A stretch of DNA of 63,581 nt, the filler included, from Folioceros fuciformis (lineage: Eukaryota), in assembly GCA_049999805.1 (NCBI GenBank). It is 5 parts of 5 records of this genome, joined end to end, with 100 filler letters (N's around TTAATTAATTAA, not from the genome) between each part and the next. Parts side by side here need not be neighbours in the genome. Positions count along the whole stretch, not along the records: positions 1 to 12,150 come from JBNGIO010004128.1; positions 12,251 to 32,882 come from JBNGIO010004129.1; 3 more parts are not named here. The stretch is one strand, 5' to 3'. Of the stretch, positions 9,328-21,615 are shown piece by piece. The stretch's first letter is position 1. Each line of letters starts with the position of its first letter. A model generated the notes under the pieces. That model had not been told where the DNA came from and searched no databases. It saw only the letters and a list, made by a program, of their open reading frames with translations. Made by a program: the position numbers and the translations under genes.

Positions 9328-11360
9328 TTAAAATCCTAGCCCACCAAAAAACAACCAAACACCACCCGAACCAAGCACGGGTACTTAATCTGTGAACACC
9401 TTTCCATTGTAATTGTTCGCAACATTTTGGGCGAGCTTGAGATTATTAGCATCATGTATGACAAGTGCTCCATTGCCATCCAAGTTTGTGTAATGTAAAA
9501 ATCCTTGATGAGCTTGTGTATCAAGAGTGTTGTCACTCACTGCACCATTACTCTCCACACCAAATCTTCCATTCCCCATTTGCACTTTTGATTGGGGATT
9601 AGACATGAAAACATCTCCTCCCCATTGCACAATAGTTGCATAAGTTTCTTTCAATGAATTAAACAAGGAAGCTGGCCAATAACCAACATTTGTTCCTTCA
9701 ATGGTCAACCATAAATCTCCATTCGTTGTAAGCTACAATACGACATATCATACATTAAGCAACAAGAAGAAAGTTGTGCAAAATATGTCTAGTCCACATC
9801 ATAAGTAGTTTCATAAAAAAACTACTTATCAATAAGTGCAACACCCTAAGAACATGTTGGTTTAATATACCTTATTGATATTGTATAGCATAATTGTGCC
9901 TACATAATTGCCCGTGAAAGCACCACCAAGTACGTATGTAGGATCCGTTTGCACAAATCCAGTACACGCAAGGTTAAAGCAACCTTTGTCATCGTCCACC
10001 TGCCCAATGAGAACAATTACATGAAGTTAACACATCATTCATATCTACATCTATATGTATATATATCTTAATAAAAGGTTGGAATTTTATGTGCTAATCA
10101 TAACATACTACCCATCTTATGAACAAACGAGGTACAACATCTTGTGAATATAATGAGGGATGCACCTGCAAAAGTATAGATTTGAACCATAAGGTTTAGT
10201 ATCAAGCATCAAGAGGTCTTAAAATTATGAGATATTATTTTAAAATATTCAAGAAAGAAAAAATTGAGGATCTTATAAAATGACTTACGTGTCATCCAAC
10301 TTGAACTAGCTCTATGAAATTAATGTGTGTGTCCACAACGTACACAAGAGAGAGATGCGAATTGGAGTAATATGTTGAAGTTGCATCAACAAATGGTTGT
10401 CAAACACTAATTCTGGATCCTCCTCCATTGAACACTCCATGAAGATTACCAACTACAAACTGCACAATTTGAAAGTCGATTTGATGAGGTATTTAGCAAA
10501 GAAGAAAGAAAATTATAGTTTCATTCTACAATATATATACCAATCAAACAAATATGATAAAAGCATGACATACATGAGTAGGAGCATCTGTGGTGTCTTC
10601 AGTAGTAGCAAAATTGGTAGAGATGTTGCTACTTTGATCAATGAAAGACTTGCGCAAAATGTCCCACTTGTGATGAACAAAACCCTCATGTGTCATGGGG
10701 CGTTGAATAGGGATAGTTCCTTCGAGACATGATCCAACTTCTATATGATAGAGCTGCTTAGGACGTTGCTCCCCATTTGCTGAAATTTGTGATTGCAATA
10801 GCTTTGGAGGTGGTTTCTACAACATGTCAACAATAGTCCTCAATTGCCTACTTCCAAGGTTATGATAATAGTAGCAAATAGCTGCACATAATGGATAATC
10901 TTAATTCACATGAACATGTACGCGTGTGAACCAACATCCATACCTGAATTACGTGATCTTTAAACGATGGATGCTGCAAAGTAGGCTGGTGTTCCACCTT
11001 CACACAATCTATGATAGTGCCATCAGAGAGCTGCAACAAGTGACATACACAACGTTAAACTAAATGAGTATTTGACATGATTTGCATACAACTAAGATGC
11101 CCTACACAACGGTTAAATCAAATGAGTGTTTGACATGATTTGCATACAACTAAGATGCCATGGAAAAGGTGGAGTGTAGATTATACTTCATGGGATTCCA
11201 CAAATGGCACATGAACATTTGAGTCCAAAGGCGCACCATTATGGGATAGAGTGTCAGTTGAGGGAAAATTATCTCTAATCAATCGAGTATGACTAATATT
11301 CGGGACATGCATAAACAACACAAACATAGAAACCAACACGAAAGCTGCAAAAGGCTTCAT
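9328..11360 (-). pseudogene. Neprosin-family (DUF4409 pro-peptide + DUF239) gene with intact exon structure but three premature stops
   Basis: Signal peptide MKPFAAFVLVSMF; DGTIIDCVKVEHQPTLQHP; SCLEGTIPIQR; ISV*QP (10400-10402); VQVG*H (10292-10294); VHPSLY..PRLFIRW; GCFNLACTGFVQT; VGYWPASLF; VQWGGDV; MGNGRF; FTD*VP (9385-9387); WLFFGGLGF* (9328). Confidence 0.88.
11046..11160. repeat. ~57-bp direct duplication in the first neprosin intron
   Basis: tacacaac...aaatgagt.tttgacatgatttgcatacaactaagatgcc occurs at 11046 and again at 11103. Confidence 0.85.
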
Positions 11361-12150
11361 GACTACAATTAGTAAACTCAAAGCAAAACAACACACAAAT
11401 GGGTCTTACTGATCACTGATGTTTTGCACAATGGTAGTGGACATACATATATAGGCACTTTAAGATCTTTTTCTTGATAATAAAGATAAATTGATACTTT
11501 TTTTCGATAACTTGGATAAATTTCAAAACCTTTGTTCACTCGGTGCTTATTTAGCCTAAGAATATCCTTGTGTATGCTTTGCTAGTTATATGGAGCTTTG
11601 GATCCAACCTCCGCATCCTCACTGGTACTTTAGCAACCTTGGAAATGGTTGCTTAGGTCTATGCAACTAGGGAACCACTCATTGTTTGTGGTCTATATTC
11701 AAAAAGTTATGTTCCTCATCTTTTGTGTGGAATACTTAATGTTGTTGATTCTATGTGGGTTTCTCATATTTCCACCTTGTAAATCAGTTGTATTACTACA
11801 TGAACCTTGGTAGAAAGAAAAGGATGTGAATCCCTCTCCCGTTACTAACTTTCACATCTTGTATGATAAAATTATTTTCCTTATTCTTATTCAAAAAGTT
11901 TTGCTTTGCATCAAGGTTTCAAACTCAAGAAGTTGGTCTTCTTTGCATCAAGTTCATTTCTTGTTAGATTGGTTGCACTCTAATAGATAAGATTACGATT
12001 AAAGGGAATCTACAGCATGTATCACATGTCTGGTATTGGAGATGTGGGCAGTGAAGCACATCCAACTCTCCCACAGAAAAGCGAGATGTTTTCACGGTTG
12101 CACATTTCAGTTCGTCCGTTTACATTAGTTTCAAGGTCGGCCCTTACAAC

Positions 12151-12250
12151 NNNNNNNNNNNNNNNNNNNNNNNNNNNNNNNNNNNNNNNNNNNNTTAATT
12201 AATTAANNNNNNNNNNNNNNNNNNNNNNNNNNNNNNNNNNNNNNNNNNNN
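12151..12250. other. Artificial scaffold-join spacer
   Basis: 44 N + TTAATTAATTAA (stops in all six frames) + 44 N. Confidence 0.97.
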
Positions 12251-15200
12251 CGTCTATCTAGTCCGAAGGGGTCAAGCTCTCATCCCTTTGGAGACTGGTA
12301 ACTTCACTCATCGAGTCTCCCCACTCACAGATTTTAATTTATTATAGCCTGCCCGTATATGCTATGCTAGGCTGCGGTAGTTTTGTAGTCCTGGAAGTGT
12401 GGAGAGTGATTCGCCTGGATGCTATGATTTGGGCTCTTAATGGGCGGCCAGGCCCAACTGACGCAATGAAGACATACTGTGCGATAAGCAGCATTTTGGG
12501 GTTGCCAGTGCCAGCAGCTATCCCTCGTGGCAATCGAGGTTGTGTATTTTGCTAGAATTTGAACAGTTTCTGGTATGAATGTTACAGGACTATGTGCTCT
12601 GGATGAAGCCCCTGCTTGGTGTGATCTGCTTCTCTAGGAACTATTTTGATTTCTTTGGGGGAGTAATGGGCTTCCTTATCTCGGACAGGGTATCTCATCA
12701 GCGGCCTAAATGACTACCTACTTCTCTTTAGGAGAGCACTTGCTGGCGAATTTGATCACAAGGCTGGAGTTGATCGCCGGCTTTATCTGATGTTGATAGA
12801 GCCAGCCATTGAGTGGATGATGCACTGTATCTTCAAGGATGCTAACCAGGTGAACGACTATGCTGCAAGCAGCTGCTTTGTATTGAGTCCTTGGTCTATG
12901 ATTTGAGGCCCCTCCTAAGGTAGCATGTTTGTGACCTTGCAGGAGAAAATGAGCCTGATCTTGCAAGCTTTTGGTGGCCATGTTGGTACAGGAAATGGAG
13001 CACAGGCTGCTCCTGTATCTGTTGTGGTCCATCATGTACTGAAGCAGTTACCTGCCACTTTTGTTGGAAACCATGCATTGCCTCTCTCAAAACTTGTTCA
13101 AAGCTCTGAAGATCTCTCTATGCCACAGGTGACCAATCAACTGCTCTCTCTGTGAAGATCCTTCCCATTCTCTTCTGATGATGATCAAGGCTGGCAACCA
13201 TATGGGTTTTTGATAGCTTCCTCTGTTGACTGCATGGCCCAGCATTCAAACTACAGATTGCTTGGCACCAAACTTTGTGAATGCAGCCCTCCAAGGGAAT
13301 TCAGGCTTCCTGTCTTAAATGCTGTGTGGAAGGTTGCACACTTTTTCTCTCCCTTCCTGGTTAAGTCTTGTTTGCAATACCCATGTTTGCGCCTGATGAA
13401 GTGTTTCTTTCATCTTCTGTAGGTCGTCATGAAGTACACAGAGCTGACAGATTACTTGTCAGTAGCTGATGTTTTCATGGACTACATCCTACAGAACTGC
13501 ACTGTACACTTTCTTATTCTTAGTCATTATAAGTTCTTTCTGGCTGCTCACTTTCCCTCAGATGTCTTACATATTTCTCTGAAGCAGGAGGTTGAACTTA
13601 ATGTGATCCTGAGGGACATTATGAAACATTTAAGGAAAGATGAAGCCAATGACACTGTTCTTGCTCTCTTGGAGTCTATGGTATTCAAGTTGGTGACACA
13701 CTACACAGATCTTACACATCTCCTAACTCTGGTAATTTGTTGCTGTTTCATTGTATGATTCTAAGTTGCGCTTGCATAGACTGACATTCTGATTTCGCAG
13801 ACTGAAATGCCTAGAAATCTGCATGCAATATCCCTTTATTTCGGATGACTTCAGTGTTGAGAGTGTAAACTTATATCATCAAATGCTTAAATTTGGTTGC
13901 AGGACCGTTTTGTTGAACTTCTTGATGTTTTTTATGGCGATACTCGAATATCTGTCTACAAGCGAATAATGAATTCGGTCTCCAGGTCGCTTTTCTGTCA
14001 ACTGCTTGCATGTACTTGAATTTGTGGTAACGATGAAAATGCTAGAACGTGGAGGCATATCAGGAGTGGTTTTGGTGACAGTTTCATTCTCTGCTCTTCT
14101 GGAAATGTTTCTCTTCAGGAACAACCAGAGTTTCCGTGATCCAGTGGCCAGGCACTTTATTTTCGAGGTTTCCAAGGTTCTTCACGACTCACTTGACAGT
14201 CTTAGCAGTGATGATGATCGACGGCAGATAACGAGGCTGATTGTCCGTTTTGTTCAGCTGGTATGGAATCTCCGACTATCTGAAAGCTTGTGGATGTAAG
14301 CATTCGCAGGACGTCTTTTGGGCTTGTCAGATTGATGCACTACCCATCATACTCGCGTGCATACACGTTGCCCATCGTTTCTGTCTGAGTCTTCAATTAC
14401 TCAAACGAGGATAGATCACAGCTGTAATTCGTCTTCAACGTCCATGGGTCAAGGTTCTTAGCTAAACCCAAGTTTGTCAGACAGGTTGATTTTGGACGCG
14501 ATTTGGAGCAACATCTTGCTTTCCTGGTAGACTGTCGAGCCACGTTTTCCAATATGGATTCTCTTCGGGTAGGTCTATCCTTTGATGACCCATATATGTG
14601 CTTTTTTTTTTTTTGTTTTTTTGTTTATGTTCTACAAACTTGCTTAAGGCTGGTCGTGTTAGAAGTGAGCGTGGTAGCTATGGCAAGCTGGGTGTGGGCC
14701 AGTTAGCATGTATTTGAAGCACAATCCCCTTCTATATATGTTGACAGATAACTGTAAGCCAGAGAACACTGTTTTCTAACTGTGAGCAGCTGTCTTGTTA
14801 GCCAGCACTGGTGGTTGCTCTGTTTTCAACGGTAGTTGTTTATTGCGAATTGTGCTTTGCAGGTTACCGTGATACATGCCAGCAACTGGCTTGCCATTCG
14901 TGCTCTGAAATTAGTGAAAGGTTTCCACACGAATCGCACTTCAGAGTTTGTAAAAGCTTGTGTGACTTTCAATGAGATCACCATACCATCTGTCAACAGC
15001 CTCATCAATCGCGCCAACCTATTTCTAGAAACTGCAGAGGTGTGTGTCCAGTGAGCCGTATTTCATTTTCGGGTAAGAACTGGTGTCCTGAAGTGCGTGT
15101 GTTTTTATGTCAGGTGGCATTATTAAATGCACTGCTCTCTCACTGTGATGGGCTTGTGAAGAGTGCAATAACGAGCTTACAGGAGGTGCAAAGCGAGGAT

Positions 15201-16397
15201 GGTATGCAAATTAATGGTGTAAACGTGAAAGACCCAGCTAGAGATGCTTAAATAGAATTGCTTTGTGTGTTCTATGAATTTATTGTATTGATGACCGTTA
15301 ATAGTGAAAGTGCTTTGTTGTGACAGCAGAGCGGTCTAGGGAATCAGCTGAAGAGGGTGTTGGTTTCCTTCAGAAGCTCTCGTCCTTTCTCATTTTGGCT
15401 CCTGGTATTATCCTCAGACGATACTTTGTGTGTTGGCAGTTTGCTTGTTTTGTCCCACATTGTTGGTTTCTGTGTATTCTGACCTTTACCAAATCAACTG
15501 ATGGAAGCAGGACACCCTGAGCTTGGAGCTGTATATATTCTCAAGGGCTTGCTCACTGTTCTAGAAACTCATCCATGGTGATCTCACTAAAACAAATGTG
15601 AAATTCTCTGCTTGCCTCGTATACGTAAATTCTCTTCTGAAACGTACATGTAACTCGCTGTTTGCTTTTTTGAATTGCATTCGATTCTTGCAACTTACTA
15701 CAATTACCTCGTTATCAGGCTTACACCAGGGCGGAGGAAAATCCAGGTTCTTTGTGGCCTCCTTTGTACTGTTGCGGCACTTTCTCAACAGGCCCTACCC
15801 TATCATGTAGATAACGACCAGGTACAAAGGTTTGGACAGGAGTTCGCTGCAAGTGAACCAGTAAATATTGATGTGTACCAACTGAATTGTGTTGATGGGT
15901 TGTGGTCAAACAGGTTGACAGTAACGACAGCCTCTATTATGGAGACCCAACATATATCGAAGAACTAAGCACGATCTCTCGCGATCTTGTGGAGAAACTT
16001 GTTGTTGCTATTGACGAACCAGGTGCCCAGGTGAGTTAGACCTCATCCGCTTGACCCTGTCCTGTTATGTATGTATTCAATGTTCTCGTCAGTATCGTTC
16101 CTGAGTGAACAATAAACAGATGCAACGAGGAAATGAAATGTTGGATGTGTGCAACACATTACTTCTCGTATTCCAGGTGACTTTTACACCGCAGACAGTT
16201 GTGTCCTCGTACAAGTGCATGTTTCAACCTCAAACCCCGTCCTGACTGGCCCTGGATATTTTTCTCAGGAAGATGCTGAACTGAAGTCCTTCACCTCCTC
16301 TCTCCTGGACAGCACGGCGACCCTACTACCATCAAAACATGGCTACTTATTGAAAACAAAATCGTTCGCCCGTGTACGAGGATTATCCGCTAATTAG
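12251..16397 (+). CDS. VPS35L: VPS35 endosomal sorting factor-like (C16orf62 homolog, Retriever subunit); multi-exon, 5' end cut by the scaffold join
   Basis: Exons read LIEPAIEWMMHCIF; NYRLLGTKLCECSPP..LPVLNAVWKV; KVLHDSLDSLSSDDDRRQITRLIVRFV; VDFGRDLEQHLAFLVDCRATFSN; HTNRTSEFVKACVTFNEITIPSV; PGHPELG; ALSQQALPYHVD. Stop is at 16395-16397. Confidence 0.92.
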
Positions 16398-17568
16398 ATC
16401 CTTCATGCTTCCGTCCATGAAACCCTATCGAACAACATTGTACGATTCCAATGCCTTGCTCAGTGTCGCCGAACCAATGAGAGACAGAGTGCGAATTTCA
16501 GTTCTTCCAAGCGGTCCACGGTGAGAAATAGGAGAGTTGGGACGTGCTTAGGGGGGTTGTGAACAAACACGGAATGAGCACTCTATAAGTAAGGTTTTCG
16601 GATTGGAAGCATGGAAGTCCAACGGATTCATCACTGCTTTCCGCTTCCCAAGAATTCGCTTCCGTAAGACCACCCTGCCAGAGGAGTCCTTCTAGAGTCC
16701 TAATCCCTGTTTTATTTCTTGGTAAACCAAAGGGCAATTCGAGTTGACGCAGGCTACAAAGCAAGCTATTCAGAGCTGAAAGCGAGAGCCAACAAATGTT
16801 AGCTAGAAGACGGACCTTTACTGCTGGGTTGGGAAGTGTTATTTGCCAGGCGGGGGAGTATACTACTTCCCGTTAGGAGCGTTTGTCGATAAACAACGCT
16901 CAGGTTCAGACATGGTCTCCCGCAACAGGACTAAATTCTCATCCAAAGGGGATGGGAGCTTGCGAACACAAAGTAGATTAATCGATCAGCAAGGACCTTG
17001 GACCACTACCCCAGCTTGATCCGCTAAAGTGATTAGGTGAAAGGTAAGCACGTCACACGAGTGTGGAAAAACTTCATAAAGAACAGGAAGAGGGAGATGG
17101 AAAACCCATCTAACCTAACGAAAGGAATTGGACTGGAAGACTAGCGCCTAAGATCACGCGTTCTAAAACTGCCGTAGCCCGCAGTGCTTTGTGGTGTGGG
17201 ATGTAAAACGGTCTGCCGTCAAAGATGTATCTCCTTTGTCTCTTCCACAATGCGTCACCCGAAGACGATAAAAAGGGATGGAAACCCTCGCAAGAAAGCA
17301 ACTGGACATTAGAAGGGAGGCCAATATTATTGTTACAACTTGGCTTAGGCGTTGATAAACCTGGAGAAGTCTTTGCTGGTGGCGCAATAAAGCTCAATGT
17401 TAATTGGGATGAAGCGGCCGTCTTGGATACGAGACGACCTTTGCCTGCATCCTCAGGTACTCAACCTGGATGGTTAGGAAATGTGTTTATGGTGTATGTT
17501 ACAACCATCACCTAGAAGGCTAGAGGGTTTAGGGTCACAAGGATGTCACAACCTAAACTTCTTTTCTG

Positions 17569-20500
17569 TCAGCCTAATTCCATGTGAATGATGCCTGGCC
17601 TCACCTCAAGTCCCGCGTCGATGCTCGCTACGTGAAAAGTTTCCTTAATACTGGGTGTCGTGAGGGTGGTGCAGCCCGCGTGATTATTTGTCAGCCTTCG
17701 ATCAATGGCAGTCAGGTGCGGGTCAGCAGCGCGCTGAGACTGATTTGCCGTTGCCACAAACAAACTAGTCCAAGTGCCGCAAACGGCCGATGAGAAACTA
17801 CATGCATTTGGTCTAGAGAAAGTGGGGTAAGAGGCATCTCGCTGTCCTTGAGGCTGAAGCTCCCTTGTACCATCACACATATCTGCAAATGACGGTTCCA
17901 AATGTGGCACGTAGCTTTCTTTGCTCACTTCAGGAAGCGCTTGCTTTAACATTACTTCGCTATCGGGGTCGTTCTTCTCCTTAACCGAAAAACTATGCAC
18001 CAGGCCGTCTATGTCCGTCCACCAGCTCTGGCCTGGCTGCTTCCATGCCCCTATTCCTCTTCTCCTTGCCTGCAACTCCTGTGCCTCCTCCCATAACTGT
18101 GCACCGGTGTATATGTTGGACATCAGGACGTATGCTGCAGCATCTCTTTTGTCTAGCTTAATTGCTTCGTCGAAAGCCTGCCTTCCCAACTCCACGTTGC
18201 TCCACTTTTGACAAGCACCCAATAAGGTGCTCCAAACTGCACGATCAGGCAGTACAGGCATTGTCCGCACTAAGGCTAGTGATTCGTTCAGGTGGCCTAA
18301 ACGTCCCAGAAGATCCACCATGCACGTGTAGTGCTCCACACTGGGCAGGATGCCGTAGTGTCTGCTCATAACCTCAAAATACTCTCGCCCCTCGTTCACT
18401 AGACCCGTGTGACTGCATACCGTCAGCACATTAAGGAATGTGATGCTATCTGGCTGGAAGCCGGCCTCTCTCATGCTGACTATCAAGTCGAAGACCTTGT
18501 CACTGTCTCCTTGACGGGTGTATCCTGCAATAAGCACACTCCAGGCCACAACATCTCTCTCGGGAAGTGCGTCAAAGACCCGCTGTGCATCCAACATGCT
18601 ACCACACTTTCCATACATGTCTATCAGAGTTCCAGCTAGAAGCACATCTGCTTCAAGCCCTCGTTCCCTAATCTGTGCATGAAGTTGCCTTCCAATATGC
18701 AGAGCTGCAACACTTGCACATGCCTGAAGAAGCCACATAAATGTCACCGAATTGGGTTCCGCCTCTCCCTCTTGTAGCATATCCCTGTAAAAACGAAGAG
18801 CATACTGCCCCAGGCCCTGCTGAGAGTGTCCTGCTATTATGGCATTCCAAGTCACTGCATCCTTTTGACTTAGTCCGTTAAACACGTCCCGAGCATCCTC
18901 CAGGCTGCCGCACTTGGCATACATGTTTACCAGGCTACCACCTACAACTGCATTGCCGTCAAGTCCTTGATCTCTAATCTGCGCATGAAGCTGCTTGCCC
19001 TTCTCCAAAGCTGAGGCACCCACATTTGCACACGCCTGCAGGAGGCACACAAATGTCACAGAATCAGGTACAGCCTGCCCGTCTTGTAGCATAGCCTTGT
19101 AAAGAGATAGGGCAGCCTGTTCCATGCCCTGCTGAGAACATCCAGCTATCATGGCATTCCACGTCACCACATTCTTTTGCCCGAGTCCATCAAACACCCC
19201 CCAAGCATTCCGTAGGCTGCCGCACTTTGCATACATGTTCACCAGGCTCCCACCTACAGCTATATCAGCATGAAGTCCCCGTTCTCTAATTTGTGCATGA
19301 AGCTCCATCCCTTTCTCCAAAGCTGGGGTGCCCAGGTTTGCACATGCTTGCAAGAGGCTCACAAATATCACAGAATCAGCTACGGCCATACCTTCTGTTT
19401 GCATGGCCCTGTAAAGACTAAGGGCTTCTTGCCCCATGCCCTTCTGGGAATACCCTGCTATCATGGCACCCCATGTCACCACGCTTTTTTGCTCAAGTCC
19501 GTCAAACACGCCCCGAGCATCTGCTAGGCTGCCGCACTTTGCATACATGTTTACCAGGCTCCCACCCAGAACTACGTCAAACTGAAGCCCTCGCCCTCTA
19601 ATCTGTGCATGGAGCTGCTTCCCCTCCTCCAAGGAGAGGGTGCCCAAAGCACAAGCTTGCAGAAGGCAAACAAATGTTACAGAATCGGGCGCAACCATGC
19701 CGCCCTCTTGCATTGCCCTGTAAACAGCAAGGGCTTCCTGCCCCATACCTTGCTGGGAATATCCAGCTATCATGGCATTCCACGTCACCACATTTTTAAG
19801 TTCGAGTTTATCAAACAAGATCCGAGCATCTTCCAGGCTTCCGCATTTAGCATACATGTTTATCAGACTCCCACCTACAGCTATGTCAGCCTGAAGTTCT
19901 TGTTGTTTAATCTGTGCATGAAGCTTTTTACCCTCATCCAAAGCCAATTTGCCGAGGCTTCCACATGCCTGCAGGAGGCACACAAATGTCACAGAATTGG
20001 GTGTGGCCACCCCTTCCTCCTGCATTGCCCTGTACAGATCAAGGGCTTCCTTCCCGACGCCCTCCTGGGAATATCCTGATATCATGACATTCCAAGTCAC
20101 TACAGTTTTTTCAGCAAGTCCGTCAAATATGCGGCGAGCACACTCTAGGCTGCCACACTTTGCATACATATTTACTAGGCTCCCACTTACAGCTACGTCA
20201 CCCTGAAGACCTTGTTCCCTTATCTGTGAATGAAGTTGCTTTCCCTCCTGCAGAGCTGAGGGGCCCACAGCTGCACAAGCCTGCAGGAGACACACAAACG
20301 TCACAGAATTGGGTGTAACGATGCCTTCTTCTTGCATAGCCCTGTATACATGCAAGGCTTCCTCCCCCTTGCCCTCCTGAGCACATCCTGCTATCATGGC
20401 ACTCCACGTCACCACGTTTTTCTGACTAAGCCCGTAAAACACCTTGAGCGCTTCTTTCAACCTGCCACATTTTGCGTACATGTCCACCAAGCAGCTACCC

Positions 20501-21129
20501 ACAAAAACATTATGCTGAATTCCACTAGCCAAAACATCAGCATGCACCTGCTGGCCACAATGTAGGTCTGCTCCCCTAGCACACGCCTGGAGGGCTGCCA
20601 CAAACACATGGCCATCTGGCTTCACAGTGTACCCCCGCATCCGCTGATACAGTTGTATGGCCTGTTTATCCTCCCCATGCTTAACGTACGCAGATATTAT
20701 AGACGACCACATGAATGCATCTGGCTTGGCAACCATTGTGAACACATCCATGGCTTCTTGTAACTTCGCATGGGAAGCATACATTCGCAAAATGTGGTTG
20801 CACAAGAACGTGTCTGATTCCTGCCCACTCTTCACGCTGAGGGCATGAACACGGCGACCCAGAAGCAGACCTTCGTCACCTACACATTCTTTTAGGACTG
20901 TGTGAAAGAGAGATTTGGGAACACGGCAGTCCATGTACACCAGAGCTCCCAACGCCTCGACGGCCTCAACCAGCTGACCCTGCTGAACGAGTTTGTCCAC
21001 AGTTTCAGCCGTCGTGCCTCGTCCGTACCCTGCAGGCCAGCCAGGGTTGCGATCGTTTGGGAAAGCCCAGTTGGATGCCGATTGAACACGACCCATCGGT
21101 ACGTTCAGAGCCTGCTGCATATCCACCAC
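17569..21129 (-). CDS. Long PLS-class PPR protein with E1/E2 and WW-type PG box; DYW domain lost at the catalytic site
   Basis: Intronless 1186-aa ORF (first ATG at 21120) with about 8 PLS triplets. The C-terminal part reads GAWKQPGQSWWTDIDGLVHSF...SYVPHL, followed by unrelated sequence lacking HxE, CxxC and DYW. Confidence 0.93.
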   Translation of the reverse strand: MVDMQQALNVPMGRVQSASNWAFPNDRNPGWPAGYGRGTTAETVDKLVQQGQLVEAVEALGALVYMDCRVPKSLFHTVLKECVGDEGLLLGRRVHALSVKSGQESDTFLCNHILRMYASHAKLQEAMDVFTMVAKPDAFMWSSIISAYVKHGEDKQAIQLYQRMRGYTVKPDGHVFVAALQACARGADLHCGQQVHADVLASGIQHNVFVGSCLVDMYAKCGRLKEALKVFYGLSQKNVVTWSAMIAGCAQEGKGEEALHVYRAMQEEGIVTPNSVTFVCLLQACAAVGPSALQEGKQLHSQIREQGLQGDVAVSGSLVNMYAKCGSLECARRIFDGLAEKTVVTWNVMISGYSQEGVGKEALDLYRAMQEEGVATPNSVTFVCLLQACGSLGKLALDEGKKLHAQIKQQELQADIAVGGSLINMYAKCGSLEDARILFDKLELKNVVTWNAMIAGYSQQGMGQEALAVYRAMQEGGMVAPDSVTFVCLLQACALGTLSLEEGKQLHAQIRGRGLQFDVVLGGSLVNMYAKCGSLADARGVFDGLEQKSVVTWGAMIAGYSQKGMGQEALSLYRAMQTEGMAVADSVIFVSLLQACANLGTPALEKGMELHAQIRERGLHADIAVGGSLVNMYAKCGSLRNAWGVFDGLGQKNVVTWNAMIAGCSQQGMEQAALSLYKAMLQDGQAVPDSVTFVCLLQACANVGASALEKGKQLHAQIRDQGLDGNAVVGGSLVNMYAKCGSLEDARDVFNGLSQKDAVTWNAIIAGHSQQGLGQYALRFYRDMLQEGEAEPNSVTFMWLLQACASVAALHIGRQLHAQIRERGLEADVLLAGTLIDMYGKCGSMLDAQRVFDALPERDVVAWSVLIAGYTRQGDSDKVFDLIVSMREAGFQPDSITFLNVLTVCSHTGLVNEGREYFEVMSRHYGILPSVEHYTCMVDLLGRLGHLNESLALVRTMPVLPDRAVWSTLLGACQKWSNVELGRQAFDEAIKLDKRDAAAYVLMSNIYTGAQLWEEAQELQARRRGIGAWKQPGQSWWTDIDGLVHSFSVKEKNDPDSEVMLKQALPEVSKESYVPHLEPSFADMCDGTRELQPQGQRDASYPTFSRPNACSFSSAVCGTWTSLFVATANQSQRAADPHLTAIDRRLTNNHAGCTTLTTPSIKETFHVASIDAGLEVRPGIIHMELG

Positions 21130-21615
21130 GCTAGCTCGTAAAAGCCGTTCAAACAGAGGAGCTCCTTAGGCTCAGGAGCAGTGGTTCTTCTTCCGTGGTT
21201 CGTCATCCCAGAAATTTCCGTCTCCAGCCAGACATATCCTTGAATACGCTTGCACGGATGTTCGATTCTTTCCGAACAATCCGCCCTCGATTTCAGGGGT
21301 GTCCGGGAAGCATCTATCCTGAAGAGACATTACACACATCTGCTGTGCTACTTCAGGAGCTACCGATGGCAAACTTCAACGCTTCAATTTGATCCACCTC
21401 GACCGCATCCTGCATTCTCCTGCGGTCCTGTCTGGCCGTTACCTAGCGTCCGAGGAAGGGGTCCCGCTGGTCTTTCTTCTAGGACTCAAGTTGGCAGACG
21501 AAGGTGCCACCAGGTGAAGTGCCTTCGCAGAACAGGACGTCTGTCTGGAGAGGCATCTTTCAACGACCAGGATCCCTTGTGGCGACAATTTTCTTCGGAT
21601 CCAGTCCTCTCGATC

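Noticed and set aside
9385-10402. Neprosin stops repaired by U-to-C RNA editing
   Set aside because: U-to-C would turn TGA into Arg, not the conserved Trp, and that editing is organellar. Pseudogenisation is simpler.
12195-12206. TTAATTAATTAA as a biological motif or piggyBac-type target site
   Set aside because: It is centred in N runs and identical at four places, so it is an artificial linker.
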